Assembly (NCBI GenBank): GCA_028023455.1
Contig: JAQFVV010000009.1
Location: 7,192,001-7,256,000, forward strand
Length of the DNA stretch: 64,000 bases
Direction: 5' to 3'
Origin: Epiperipatus broadwayi
Lineage: Eukaryota > Animalia > Onychophora
Numbering within the stretch: position 1 is the stretch's first letter; each line of letters starts with the position of its first letter. Below the pieces are notes generated by a model that was given only the letters and a program-made list of their open reading frames with translations, was not told the DNA's origin and searched no databases. Positions 51,560 to 63,890 of the stretch are shown here, piece after piece. A program made the translations under genes and the position numbers.

Positions 51560-54500
51560 TAAAAAAGACAAAAATTGTAAAATTTTGGGGCTTTATTAAA
51601 AATATTATGAGAATATTATGTAGAAATTGATTTTAAATTTCATTACTGTCCAGCTAACTAATTTGGGGAAATTGTTGAATACATTAGGATTTAAATTGTA
51701 GTAATAATAAGTCATTTGGAAAAAATAATACTAATAAGACCAGTTATTAATGGTAATGATTAAAATATCTAAATGGTTGGCGAATAAGGTGTTAAAGAAA
51801 TATGTTGATACTGCATGTCAATCATATATAAAAAATAATAAAGTTTTATTAAGTGATAATAAAAATGTAATGAATGAATATAGTACTTATAATTTGAAAA
51901 TGATTAAAATGGAGGTGGTATCAAAATATATAAATATTAATGTGGAGAAAGCAATAGATATAATAATTAATAGATATATTAAAGATAATAATAAAGAAAT
52001 AAATATACCTATAAAGCAATTAAAGAAAATTACAGAATTATGTTTGTAAAGAAGTGACATTTCAATTTAGTGTTAGGTTTTATAAGCAAAAAGAAGGTTT
52101 ATTAATAGGATGAGCATTAAGTGGAGTATTAAGTAATGTTTATATGGAGGAATTGGAGAAGTTAATGTTGGTTAATAATAATGCTCCAATCTTTATTAGA
52201 AGATATGTAGATGATTATTTATTGATATTTAATAAAACACAGAGACAGGTAGATTTATTTATAGAGGATGCTAATAAGTTGGATAAGAAGATTAAGTTTG
52301 TTATAGAAAAAGAAGAGAATAATATACTGACATATTTGGATATAAAAATGAAATAGTCATATGAGAAAGGGAAATGTAGAATTGAAACATCAATTCATAA
52401 TAAAAGTGATATAGATAATAATATAACTAATTGGCATTCAAATATAAATGTGAGATATAAAGTAATACAATACATTCTAGAATTCATAGAGCAGTAAATT
52501 ATTGTTCAAATAAAGATTATGTTAAACAGGTAGAGTTAATTAAAAAAGAATTTATAAATAATGATTATCCATATAAATTTACAAGTGATGATATTAGATT
52601 AATAGAAATAAGATAAAGTCTATAAGTAATAATGAAGAAATAGTAATAATGTTAATTATATAGGTATAAAGACAGGGAATAATTATGTAGTTAAAAATTT
52701 AAATAAGGTTATAGATAAAATTAATAAAGAGTTTAGTAATGTATTAAATGTTAAAGTAGTTAATAAAAGGAGAAAAAATATGATTAGTATTTTAGAAAAT
52801 AAATAAATTAGTAGTTATAATAAAAATTTAGATAATGAAATAAATGGCGTATATGAGATTAATTGTAAAAAGTGTCAAATTAATAATATAAAAATAAATT
52901 ATGTTGGAGAAACAAAGAATTACATATACAGAAGACTGTTACAACATAAGTATGATAAAAATTCATCGATATATTTGCATAAATTAGAGACAGGGCATGA
53001 GTTTGAAAAGGATTCTATAAGGATGGTACACTTTACAGATAATAAAAGGAATAGAAAAATAAAAGGCTATTTATATTAATAGTATTAGACCTGTTTTGAA
53101 CAGAGATTTCGGATGGAAAAGAATTTTTATATAAAATAGACGATTATATAAAAAATTTTAGTTATATAAAAATCAGAAGAGGGAGCTGTAAATAAATTAA
53201 AGAGAGGGGGGGTAATAAAAAGTTTAACAGTTATTTTTTAAAATTTGATTGTAACAGTTGAGATTAGGAGATTGCTGTGTCTTACGACCAGCAAGTAAAT
53301 AAATGGACAAAGGCAGAATTGAGATGGTAAGCTTATAGTTTAATTCGAATAATTTTAACTATATACATTGCCTATTGTAAGGCGTAATAAAATAATAAAA
53401 GGTCGTGGTAACCTGCATATAATAACCCTAGTCCTGCTTTTGGACTTACAGAGGCAGGAGTCTCTGACTTACAATTAATACTCAGAACAAATAGATCAGG
53501 TTCTGGGGATTTATATACCCCTTAAGACTTCTGGAGTCTCTTACATACCTAACCATATATGGTGTTTTCACATACGTTTTTACATACACACAGTATTTTT
53601 ACATTTCTCACCATCTATGGTATTTTATACAGGTTTCTGGCTCTATAAGGTCAGCTGGGCTCTCTATGATTTAACAACATTGCAATTTTACACAATCGTT
53701 ATACATAATTACTATACAGTTATTGTTCTAATTTTACATATTCATTATACATTGAAGTTATTAGTTTTATTCTACATTTATTATTGTACTCTTATTATTA
53801 TACAATTATTGTTATTATTTTACATATTCACTATTCATTACAAGTTATTAGTTTTATTCTACATTTATTATTGTACTCTTATTATTATACAATTTACATG
53901 TATATATCTTGCTTGACCTTGAATACTGCAGAGATATAGCGGTGAGTTAAAAAATAATTTGAAAGTGTGTTTAAAATAATAAAATTAAATGTTAAAAGAT
54001 TATAAATTATTGGATGAATAGATTATGAATATTGATGGTTAATAAAATGGATAATAATAAAAATATAAAAGATATTAAATTAAAGTGGAGTTTTTAAAGA
54101 GTAATGCAAATAAAATAAATAAGGAATAAAAATAAAATTTTTTAAAAAAATTTATAAAATAAAGAATAAAAGTAGAATATATATATATGTATGTGTGTAT
54201 GTATATGTATATATATATGTGTGTATATGTATGTGTGTATGTATAAGGGTAGAAAATATTTTGATTAATAAATATAGAATGTAAAAGGATAAGAAATGAA
54301 TAACAATAATGTAAAATAAAGATATAAGATTTATATAGATTGTAAATTATATGTTCGTGTATATTTATACTCATATGTTAGTTTTATGTTGTAGTTCTGA
54401 AGAAGATTGCTGAGGTAATCGAAACTGTTAATTGCAGGAAAGGGTGGATAATAAAGCATTGTAAAAGTACTAAAGTGTTTGGTCAATTGAATATTTTATA
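51560..54500 (+). mobile_element. Decayed Penelope-like element with long 3' pseudo-LTR; boundaries approximate
   Basis: RPVING, FYKQKEG, RRYVDDYLLI, IKFVIEKEENNILTYLDI (RT); GVYEINC..C..YVGETK, HKLETGHEF (GIY-YIG); 85-bp tandem duplication at 53736/53821; HHR near the 3' end. Confidence 0.9.
54391..54435 (+). ncRNA. Minimal type I hammerhead ribozyme in the PLE 3' end, core intact
   Basis: gtagtt-CTGAAGA(A)-gattgc/tgag/gtaatc-GAAA-c-t-GTT-aattgc; 6-bp stems I and II; stem III too short to close as a monomer. Confidence 0.8.
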
Positions 54501-55991
54501 ATAAAAAATAATACTGTTGATATCTTTTTGAATTCAAATTCTGGGGGTTTTTTGGGTTTTTTTTTTGAGGATTATATATATATATAATGATTTTCACAGA
54601 TAATATATGTTAAAAATATATATTTTTAAAACCCATTAATCAAAATATCTATGTCACGTACAATTAACTTTTAATCTTATTCCGCATGTTGCTTGCAGTT
54701 TTTCTCCATCTATATTTTTAAAAATAAACTTTTTACCTGGTTGAAGGCAGGTGCAATACAGCTGAAACGTGTAAAATAATACTATTTATAACCCATGGTT
54801 GAACACATATAACATGTATGTATTATGTAAGTCAATAAAGATATCTGAAAGGCAGCAAATTAAAATTTAATCTTATTTGCAGCTTTTTTAAACTTTTGAT
54901 AATTAGCATTAAATAAAGGAAAAAGAGTCTTGCAATTTTGATAATTATCATCTGTTTAACAGTTGTACACAACATTCATTTTTTTTTTGATAATGAAGCT
55001 TTGGAAGTTTAAAAGAGCATAGGGGTTAGCACATCCACAAACTGATTTTCTGAGTAAACCTCAAAAATTTATTTATATCACAAGCAAGTTTTCGAATTTT
55101 TTTTCCAGATAACCAACCTAGCTAATCATCAATTTTGGCTGATAAATAGATATTTAGCTTTTAATAATTAAAAGATAAAATTACATTATATTGGTGAAAT
55201 GAAAATTATGCACTGATTATAAACAAAAAATGTAATTATAATGATGTTGAACTGTTAGTTTTATCTTAGAGGTTTATTTTTCAGTAAAAAGCAAGTGTTT
55301 AGCTTAATTTGTAGATTTATTACTCTTTAAAAGTTGGATTATTATTTTTATTGGTTTCTAGTGTTTGTCAAACTTGAATACATTTTTTTTTAAAAGTTGG
55401 ATTTGTAATTGATCAAAGTGATCTTCAATATATAGTGCAGTATGAGTAAAATGAATATTTATATATATATGAATTAAAAGTTGCTTAAAGCTAAATAAGA
55501 AATAATGCATAAATTAATCACCTTAACAAAATTTAATATTATAGCCGATTAATATTATCCTATTAAACTTAATTAGAATAAGTAATCATAAGCTCTCCAG
55601 CATGATCATTTCTTGGTTTCAATACCAATTTTCAATTGGCTTGAACATAATGCTTACATCTCAATATAACAATCAAATCCCAAACTTTTTAACTTTCCTC
55701 TACAAGATTATTCATAAAAAGCATGAAATAATCTCAATCCATTAAAGTTTGAATATTTAATAGCACTAGAGTGCATTTTTGATTATTTATTGTTTAGAAT
55801 TATAAGTGGTCTTTGAGTAAGTATTTGAATTCCTCAGAATTTGATTATTGTATTGGATTTCAAACATTATGAAATTATTTTACTGGAGAACTTGTTCTTG
55901 TTTATTTTACTATGATGTTAAGTTTTTTAAGTTTAGTATAGATTTTAATTGATAGTATTTTAAACTTTATTATAATAACTTATATATATAT

Positions 55992-56069
55992 TGTAACGGT
56001 ATATAATATGCCGTTACATTAATTTGAAATTAAAATAAAAAGTTGGTAAATAAAAATAAATTTATTAAA
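55992..56069. repeat. 78-bp direct repeat, copy 1 (begins with an 8-bp-stem hairpin)
   Basis: tgtaacgg..ccgttaca followed by ttaatttgaaattaaaataaaaagttggtaaataaaaataaatttattaaa; repeated at 58146. Confidence 0.9.
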
Positions 56070-58145
56070 AACTAAAAGCTAAAATTAAAAAGTGTTGTTT
56101 AACATATGTAATATATTGCACAGATGGAAAACTTTAAAAGTATTTTTTTTTAACGTATTTTTTTTATAAAAAAAGTAAAGATAAAAATTTTTTTGTTAAA
56201 AAGTAACTTAAATGAAAATAGAAATAAATGTTAATTTCTATTTTAATATTCCTATGTAATCTCAGTAAATGGAAATGATTGTGTTATTAATTAAACGAAA
56301 AGCAAACTAGCCTTTGGGGCTTTTATATAATTAAAAAGTCAGATAAGAGAATAAAAAAATTAGAATGTCCAATAGAAGCAGTAACAAACGCTCGGACCTT
56401 AATGAAAATCATTGGAACAGGAGATTATGTTCAATGAATCCGGAGAATTACTATAAAAAGAAAACAATTCAAATTGAGAGTGAGTTCCAGCTTGATGTTT
56501 TTGAGAAGGGTGAAAAGACACACTTTTCATTCTCTCTCTCTTAATTCAAATGAAGTGACTGTTAATTTATGAATGGCACTATTGTAGACCCAAATCATAT
56601 GTTTCCTACAATAAAATAGTACCAGGATTGAACCAGCTAAGGCCATCTCCGGAAAAACAGACCGTTCTTCCATGAAAGTATGACCAATAAAGACTTTGCG
56701 GGAATTGGCAGCAGGAATCGGGAGCTCTTCTACTGAAAGATATGAACTGTAAAATTTTAAAAAAGTAATTAACTTTCGTCAAGATTTAACAAGCTTTTAA
56801 TAATCAATTAAACCTAATTTTTAAAATGAACTTTAATCTGACTTTTAAGATTTCAAAATCAGTTATTAATGTTTAATTTGATATATTTGAGTTTGCTAAT
56901 TTAATTTAATCATTTCCATTTTTTTTATTAATATTTATTGATTAAATTATTTGAATATATTTAAATTTAAGTTGGGTGTGGATAGCTGCATAGATTCATT
57001 AACGTGTAGTTATTTTTTATTTTCATATGATTAAAATATATAGATATCGGTAAATATGACACATCATGCTGAGGGTCCAAACGTATTTATTTGTATATCT
57101 TTTAAGTTATTGGTGTAAATGCAGCATCTTATGATGAGTGCCATTGGGTTTATTGTAAATTTCCCTCCGCAATTCCATCAATCACTTTATATTTTAATCG
57201 TTTATGTTTATTTTGAATGGGTCTTAATTTCAGGCTATTTGTTATTTGTCTCGTAGTTAGCTCGATGCTAGTGGAGGTATATATGGGTGTTTATATCAAT
57301 GTAATGTGAAGGGTGTTTAGCATGCAGGGCAAAGCCCAATTGAATGCATGACCCAAAGATGTAGTCATTGTGTTGCATTGGACACAGATGTATTTCCTGT
57401 GCCATTGACCTTTTTTTTTAGCTCTATGGATAGGGACTATAAGTCGGCAGATGGACCGCTCTGCCCCATACATAGCACTTGTCTTTAATTATTTTATATA
57501 CATGATTCCTTCACCAGACAGACGCACATTTCTGTACTGGACGAGGATCATGTCCTTGAAATAATATCACACTGTCAGATGCACATTCCTGTCAGCATGG
57601 TTTTATGCTAGCATCTTCATATTGCATTGGTTGCTACTATATATCTGGAAGCAGGCATTGGTCTGGCTGCGAACTTTTAGTCTGAGATTGAATGATTGTT
57701 TTCAAAAGTTTTTAGCTGAGAAATCTGTGTAGCCTATCTACATGCAATACCCTTAAGTAAAAAAATATTATTAAAATGACCATCTGTGCGTATTTTCTAA
57801 ATAATAATTTAAAATTAATAAATTAAATTTATTCCTCAAATTTATATATGTGTGTCAATAAATGTTTTGTGTGTTAATTACTGGCAGTGGCTTATTTTAT
57901 TTTTAAATATTAATATATTTTGAGAATATACATCTTTATTAAAACTTATAAGAATTTATATTATAAATCTCTGCTGCTCCCTGAGCTAGTGGTATGGGCT
58001 GATGGTTGGAATAAAATATATGTAAAATTTGAATCTTAACAGTACGTATCTGCCTATTATATAAATTTTCCAGGTTCGAATAGCCTGGTGGCACCCTGTA
58101 CGGCAGATACGGTAAGACTTCATTAATCCCGATTGTTAAAAATTA

Positions 58146-58222
58146 TGTAAAGTATATAATATGCCATTACATTAATTTGAAATTAAAATAAAAAGTTGGT
58201 AAATAAAAATAAATTTATTAAA
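58146..58222. repeat. Direct repeat, copy 2
   Basis: Identical to copy 1 except in the hairpin, where both CpGs are lost. Confidence 0.9.
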
Positions 58223-58760
58223 GACATTTTTTTTTTCAATGTTTTTGTTTTTTGTTTCATTGTATGTGAGGAGAAATGAAGCAGTCAATTTTATTTTAAG
58301 ATTGAGCTTCATAGTTCCATCTACTCATCTGTATTCAAACCCTATATTCCATCCCGCTCCTTTTGTCGTGTATATATATTTTATGTATATATTTGAGATG
58401 CCTAAGTTATAAATTTTAACTTTCAATAACATTTTTATTATTATTAATTTTATGATTATTAATTCTTTTTTATTAAATTAAAGTACATAGATGTGGCTCA
58501 GATATATATATATATTATAGGAGCAAAAATACTAACAAAATATTGATTTTTTAAATAGTTTATTATATATCATTTATACAATTTTTCTTTTTAAAATACT
58601 TTTTTTCCTATTAAACTGTATTTTATAAAATCCAAGATGGAAGATGCAACCTATATTCTAATAATTTTACTAATCATATAAATAAATAAAGGCTATTAAA
58701 TATATAGGGCTGAAAATATATAATAAATATTTATAAAATAATAAATTTTGAAATTTAATA

Positions 58761-61002
58761 CAGGCAGTCCCCTAGTTACGAACACTTGAGTTATAAACAT
58801 TTCACTATTACATAATCGCTTTTGGAGTTTAGATCTTTATCTATGCACATACTTTCATGTATAATTAGTGCTATATACTGTAGAAAGAAATGTGCATTCA
58901 AAATTGTACAGTATTTTAATAATTAAAAAATTTCTTTTAGTAATTAACACTACAAATTTACAGTATCTGATAAAAAAACTATTTATAATTGAATTTTTTC
59001 TAAAGAAACATAAACTTTGGAATTTAGAAAATAATTAAAAGTATATTTTAGAGAACAATAAGAACAACTTATGTAAAATACAGTAAATCTTCCCATCTCT
59101 CTGACATTAATTACTTTTATTTTTAGCATTGTCACAGACTGTCTTGAACAGGATCATCTTGATTAGCATTTGTTTTTAAAAGTAGTTTGTGTGTGATTAC
59201 ATTACATATATACTGTATATATTTCTGTTTTGGTGAATTTTTTTCATTCTTATTAACTAAAAACATGAGTGAGAAACAAAAAAACAGCAGTGTTGATACA
59301 ATTAAAAAGAAATCAAGCTCATAAACCCCAAAAGGTCGAGAGAAAAAATTCTGAAAATGATGAATCTTTTGTTTCAATTGCACGATCATGTAATTTAAAC
59401 TGATCAGCAATATATACAATTGTGAAAAACAAAAATTAAGGAATGTGTTAAAAATTGTGGAAATATTTCTTCAAAGATTCTTTCAAAAAGACATAGCAGA
59501 GTAGTGGATGAAATGGAGAAATCTTTGGCTTTATGGATTGAAGATCAACATCAAAAAGGCATCCCAATGAGTTTATCAATTATTCAAACTAAGGCTTTTA
59601 GTTTGCATGAAGATTGGAAGAAAGAATTAAAAGAAGACTCTGCTGTTGAATTTATAGCAAGAAATAGCTGGTTTCACAAATTTAAAATGAGATATTCTTT
59701 ATATAATACTAAATGTACTGGGGAAGGTGCCAGTGTAGATAAGAAAGCTGCCAGTGAATTTATTTCCATTTCTCTAATATCATTAAAGATAGAGCTTATT
59801 TTCCATGCCTAATCTTCAATGTGGATGAGACAGGATTATTTTGGAAAAAGATGCCTGCACGTACATATATTGAGCAAAGGAAGAATCAGTTGCACCTTGG
59901 TATAAACCTTCTAAAAACAGATTATTTAGCTGGTGATTTTAAATTGAAGCCTATGCTGATTTATCAGATAGAAAATGCTAGAGCATTGGAAGGAAAAGAA
60001 TGCTTCCAGTCATTTGAAAATCAAATACTAAAGCCTGGGCTACTGCACAGCTTTTTCAAGATTGGTTCTCACATCATTTTGTGCCTTCTGTTAGGCAATA
60101 TTCTAGTGAGTATAATTTATCATTTAAAACAGTATTGCTCTTAAAAAATTCTCCTGGACATCCAAAATCCCTGCAAAATTTATATCCAGAAGTTAATGTG
60201 TTTATCTCTCCTAAAACCACAAGTGAAATACAACTTATGGACCGAACTGTGATAGCTACTTTTAAGGGATATTATATGAGAAGATTAATGACTCAAGCAA
60301 TCAAGACAATTGACAAGGAAGGTAGATACCTTAAGAGAGTTTTGGAAAAGTTATAATATATGGAATGCAATAAATATTGGGGGTGCGTGGGCTGAAATAA
60401 GAGAGTCAACAATGAAACGTTGGAAAAAAATATATCTACATATGATGAATGCTTCTATGGACATTGAAGAAGCCCCTGAAGATATCACAACTGATGTAGT
60501 CAATATAATGAATGGATTAAATTTAGATGTCACTGATGAATATTGATGAGTTAATGCAATCTCACTCAGAACCTCTGTCAAATGAAGACTGATTAAACTA
60601 CAAGAGATGAATGAGATACAAAATGAAGAACAACCTGATAATGAACTTATTGTTAAGAGTTTGACAATCAAGAATGAATGAAACTTTCGTGCATCTTGAC
60701 AAATTTTTAATCATCATGGAAGAATGTGATCCCAGTGGAGGGTGTATATCTCATGTATGAAGGGCAATAAAAAAAGACACAGAATGTTACAGAATTCTTT
60801 ATCAAGAGAAGAAAAAGACTACTGTTCAATTATCTCTTGATAAATTTGTAAACAAAACTCCAGATACTAATCAATAAAAAATAAATACTGTATTTTGAAA
60901 ACCCTTTTTCACTTTTTTTTTTATATACCTCTATTTTTAAACAATTTCAACTTCCAAGCACACATCAGGAACCCATTAACTTCATAACTAGGGAATTGCC
61001 TG
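58761..61002 (+). mobile_element. Full-length decayed Tigger (pogo) transposon
   Basis: TIRs caggcagtcccctagttacgaa / caggcaattccctagttatgaa, TA TSD at both ends, 2242 bp. Confidence 0.93.
59265..60877 (+). pseudogene. TIGD1/Tigger1-like transposase, frameshifted
   Basis: CENP-B HTH (MEKSLALWIEDQHQKGIP..IQTKA..SWFHKFK), DDE_1 (FNVDETGLFWKKMP; PGHP; IQLMD..VIATFK.YY), C-terminal QLSLDKF. Confidence 0.92.
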
Positions 61003-61100
61003 TAGTTGTTTTTTTTTATTTATATTAATAAAATGATTAGAATTTATATCGTAATAGTTATAAATAATAAAATAAATCATTTCTTTTCAGGCTGCGATTA

Positions 61101-61830
61101 AGGTCAAGAATAGAATGGATTCACTTATTCTTGAAGCTTTTGATATTTATAAGCTTACCCATATTAACTTTGATGGAATATAGAACAAATTTAATATATC
61201 AGCCAGATGAAAACATAGCATTAATAATTATTAAATTATACAAGGATAGAGATTGAATCTCACTTTTAATTATTTTATTTTAATAATTGAACAGAAGTTA
61301 GAGTAATTGTAAACATTAAATTAACATTACCCAATGTATATGTAATTAACAATGAGATTGAGTCTCTGTCCTTGTATAATTAACAAATAATCTAGTTATT
61401 GTTAATGCCAAGCTTTCATCTTGCTGATATATTGAATTTTCTCTGTATTTTCATCAGTGTTGTTAGGAGTAAATTATAAACATCAAAAACATGACAAATA
61501 TGTGAATCCATAGTCTGAAAGAAAGAGTGATTTACTCTATTAATTGTAAATATGATTAACTATGCTAATTTTATGTTTACAATTATTAACTTATGTTTAA
61601 TTATTAATGTCACATTTTCATCTGGCTATTATTTTGAATTCATTCTGTATTTCTATTAATGCTGGAAGGAGTGAGCTTATAAACATCAAAAGTTTAAAGA
61701 ATAGGTGGATCTTTTATATTCTTGACCCTATTATTTATTCATAATCTGAAGGGAAAAATGGTTTATTGCATTAATTAGATACACATTAAGCTTGAGCGAT
61801 GCTAATTTAATATTTATCTTAATAATTATG
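61101..61830. repeat. Old degenerate inverted plus tandem repeat cluster
   Basis: 61101-61265 is ~70% (by eye) complementary to 61600-61728 and to 61350-61490; the reverse copies form a ~200-240 bp tandem. Confidence 0.7.
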
Positions 61831-63106
61831 TAAATTGTGGGCTGGTTTAATCTATTATTATAACATTTCATTCATTCAAGTAGCAAGAATTGATTCCATA
61901 TAACAATATGGAGTTTAGATAAAAATTGATCCATTTTTTGTCTGACTAGTGAATTAACACTGACATAAGAGAAAATAATATTTGCAAGTTTGTTAAAAAT
62001 GATTTGAAAAGTTTGATTTGTAAATTATTTTTATGTTATGTGTATCCCAAATTTATTACTTTGCAAATTATAATATATATATATACTCTTAATCTATCGA
62101 ATTATACATAACTCAAAATAATATATATATATGTTAAACTACCCAATTTTTTACTAGGAATATAATTTTCTACTGATATATGAAATATAATATAGTGTGT
62201 TTATAAAATAAAGTTTTATAATGGTCTTTTTAGATTTGATTTACTTAAGTTTACTTTTTGAAAATTTTTTCATGCAGGATGTCATCTGAAGTTGTATGAA
62301 ATCAGACTTTATATGGACAACTCATGTAATTTGGTTTGTTCCATTTCTGTTCTACTAGTAAATTTTTTTAAATTGGGTTTGTCTAAAGTTTTGTGGGTGA
62401 GACATGATTTCTTTCCCTCTAAATATATTAAATTTCTTTTCAAAGACAGAGGCTTTGCCTGGATACTGCAATTTAGTTTGCTATAATATGCCATTTCTTA
62501 AACAATTTATTTTATAGAAAATCTGATAACAATAGGTCTGTGCTCCAGAAATGAGCATTGTTTTACATATTTATTTTGTCAATCGTGTATGATTGAACAG
62601 TTACTTACTGCCACTCATATATAACAAGCTGGTAAATGATGTTAATTAAAAAGAAATTGTAGCAAACATTATTTGTCATTAACAAGACACTCATTATGGG
62701 TTCAAATAAAGCATTTGATAATATTTCTAAGGAAGTGAATAACAGCAATAGAATTAACTTTAATAATTGATTACTATCAAAAAGTATGCTTGATAGAATA
62801 AAAATTGGAAGAAATACATTTTGAATAATCAGTAAAATATATTTATCCAGATCAAACTTTTAAGATTCCATATGAGATAAAAGCTAGAAATTTTAGCGAG
62901 GTTATTAAAATAAGATTTGTAAATGTTATAATTACAACAATATAATGTAATAGGCAAAATAAGAGTCATAGATCACATGACCATATTCTCTTCAGCTTGT
63001 AAGTTATAAACAATGAGGATTGCCAATTCCTCAATAAGCTTTGTGATAAATGCTTAGCCAGAGCCAGCATTTAAAATATTTGTCAGGAACCCCCTCCCCC
63101 TCAAAT

Positions 63107-63145
63107 CCCTGACCATGGTTTCGTGCTTTGGCACTCCTCAGAGAG
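63107..63145 (-). ncRNA. Canonical minimal type I hammerhead ribozyme (GUC site)
   Basis: Reverse complement: ctct-CTGAGGA-gtgc/caaa/gcac-GAAA-ccatg-GTC-aggg; palindromic stem III ACCATGGT; G10.1-C11.1 intact. Confidence 0.88.
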
Positions 63146-63523
63146 GTGCCAGGGTAGGTTCAGACATTAAATCTAAAAATACCAACCCAAAGCCAAGCAC
63201 TTATCTAAAAGTTATCTATTGAGTGGAAAATCTGAAATTTTCGGACATCTACAGGTCTTCAAACCCAGCTATCCAACTCAAATAGCTATATGGGGCTGAT
63301 AGATCTTCAGCCATACCATATATTAGTAGTCTTAGCAATATAACATCACATAAGGCTTAAGGGAGAGACTATGAATAGTCAAAATAAGAGTCATAGATCA
63401 CATGACCCTATTCTCTTAAGCTGGTAAGTTATAAACAATGAGGATTGCCAATTCCTCAACAAACTTTGTGATAAATGCTTAGCCAGAGCCAGCATTTAAA
63501 ATATCTGTCAGGAAACCCCCCCA

Positions 63524-63563
63524 CCCCTGACCATTGTTTCGTGCTTTGGCACTCCTCAGAGAG
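63524..63563 (-). ncRNA. Hammerhead copy with one substitution in the stem III palindrome
   Basis: Same as 63107-63145 but ACAATGGT. Confidence 0.75.
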
Positions 63564-63847
63564 GTGCCAGGGTAGGTTCAGACACTAGATCTAAAAATAC
63601 CAACCCAAAGCCAAGTACTTATAAAAATTATCTATTGAGTGGAAAATCTGAAATTTTCAAACATCTACATGTCTTCAAACCCAGCTATCCAACTTAAATA
63701 GCTATATGGAGCTGATAGATCTTCAGCCATGCCATATATTATGTAGGTGTCTGAAAATTTCAGATTTTCTACTCAGTAGATAACTTTTAGATAAGTGCTT
63801 GGCTTTGGGTTAGTATTTTTAGATCTAGGGTCCGAACCTACTCTGGC

Positions 63848-63890
63848 ATCTCTCTGAGGAGTGGCAAAGCACGAAACCATGGTCAGGGGT
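63848..63890 (+). ncRNA. Hammerhead copy, sense to the host gene, core intact
   Basis: atctct-CTGAGGA-gtg/gcaaag/cac-GAAA-ccatg-GTC-aggggt. Confidence 0.85.

Noticed and set aside
53617-54374. ORF-track entries here and many other 60-100 aa I/Y/F/L-rich ORFs
   Set aside because: Low-complexity products of AT-rich or microsatellite DNA, or antisense shadows of TE ORFs.
58074-58111. 38-nt AG..GTAAGA bounded exon candidate
   Set aside because: Translation VRIAWWHPVRQI is unlike DZIP1, and it lies in repeat-like hairpin sequence.
61091-61183. Good acceptor followed by AAIKVKNRMDSLILEAFDIYKLTHINFDGI* as the next DZIP1 exon
   Set aside because: From 61101 the sequence belongs to the inverted repeat; no DZIP1 similarity; the only early donor (GTCAAG) is poor.
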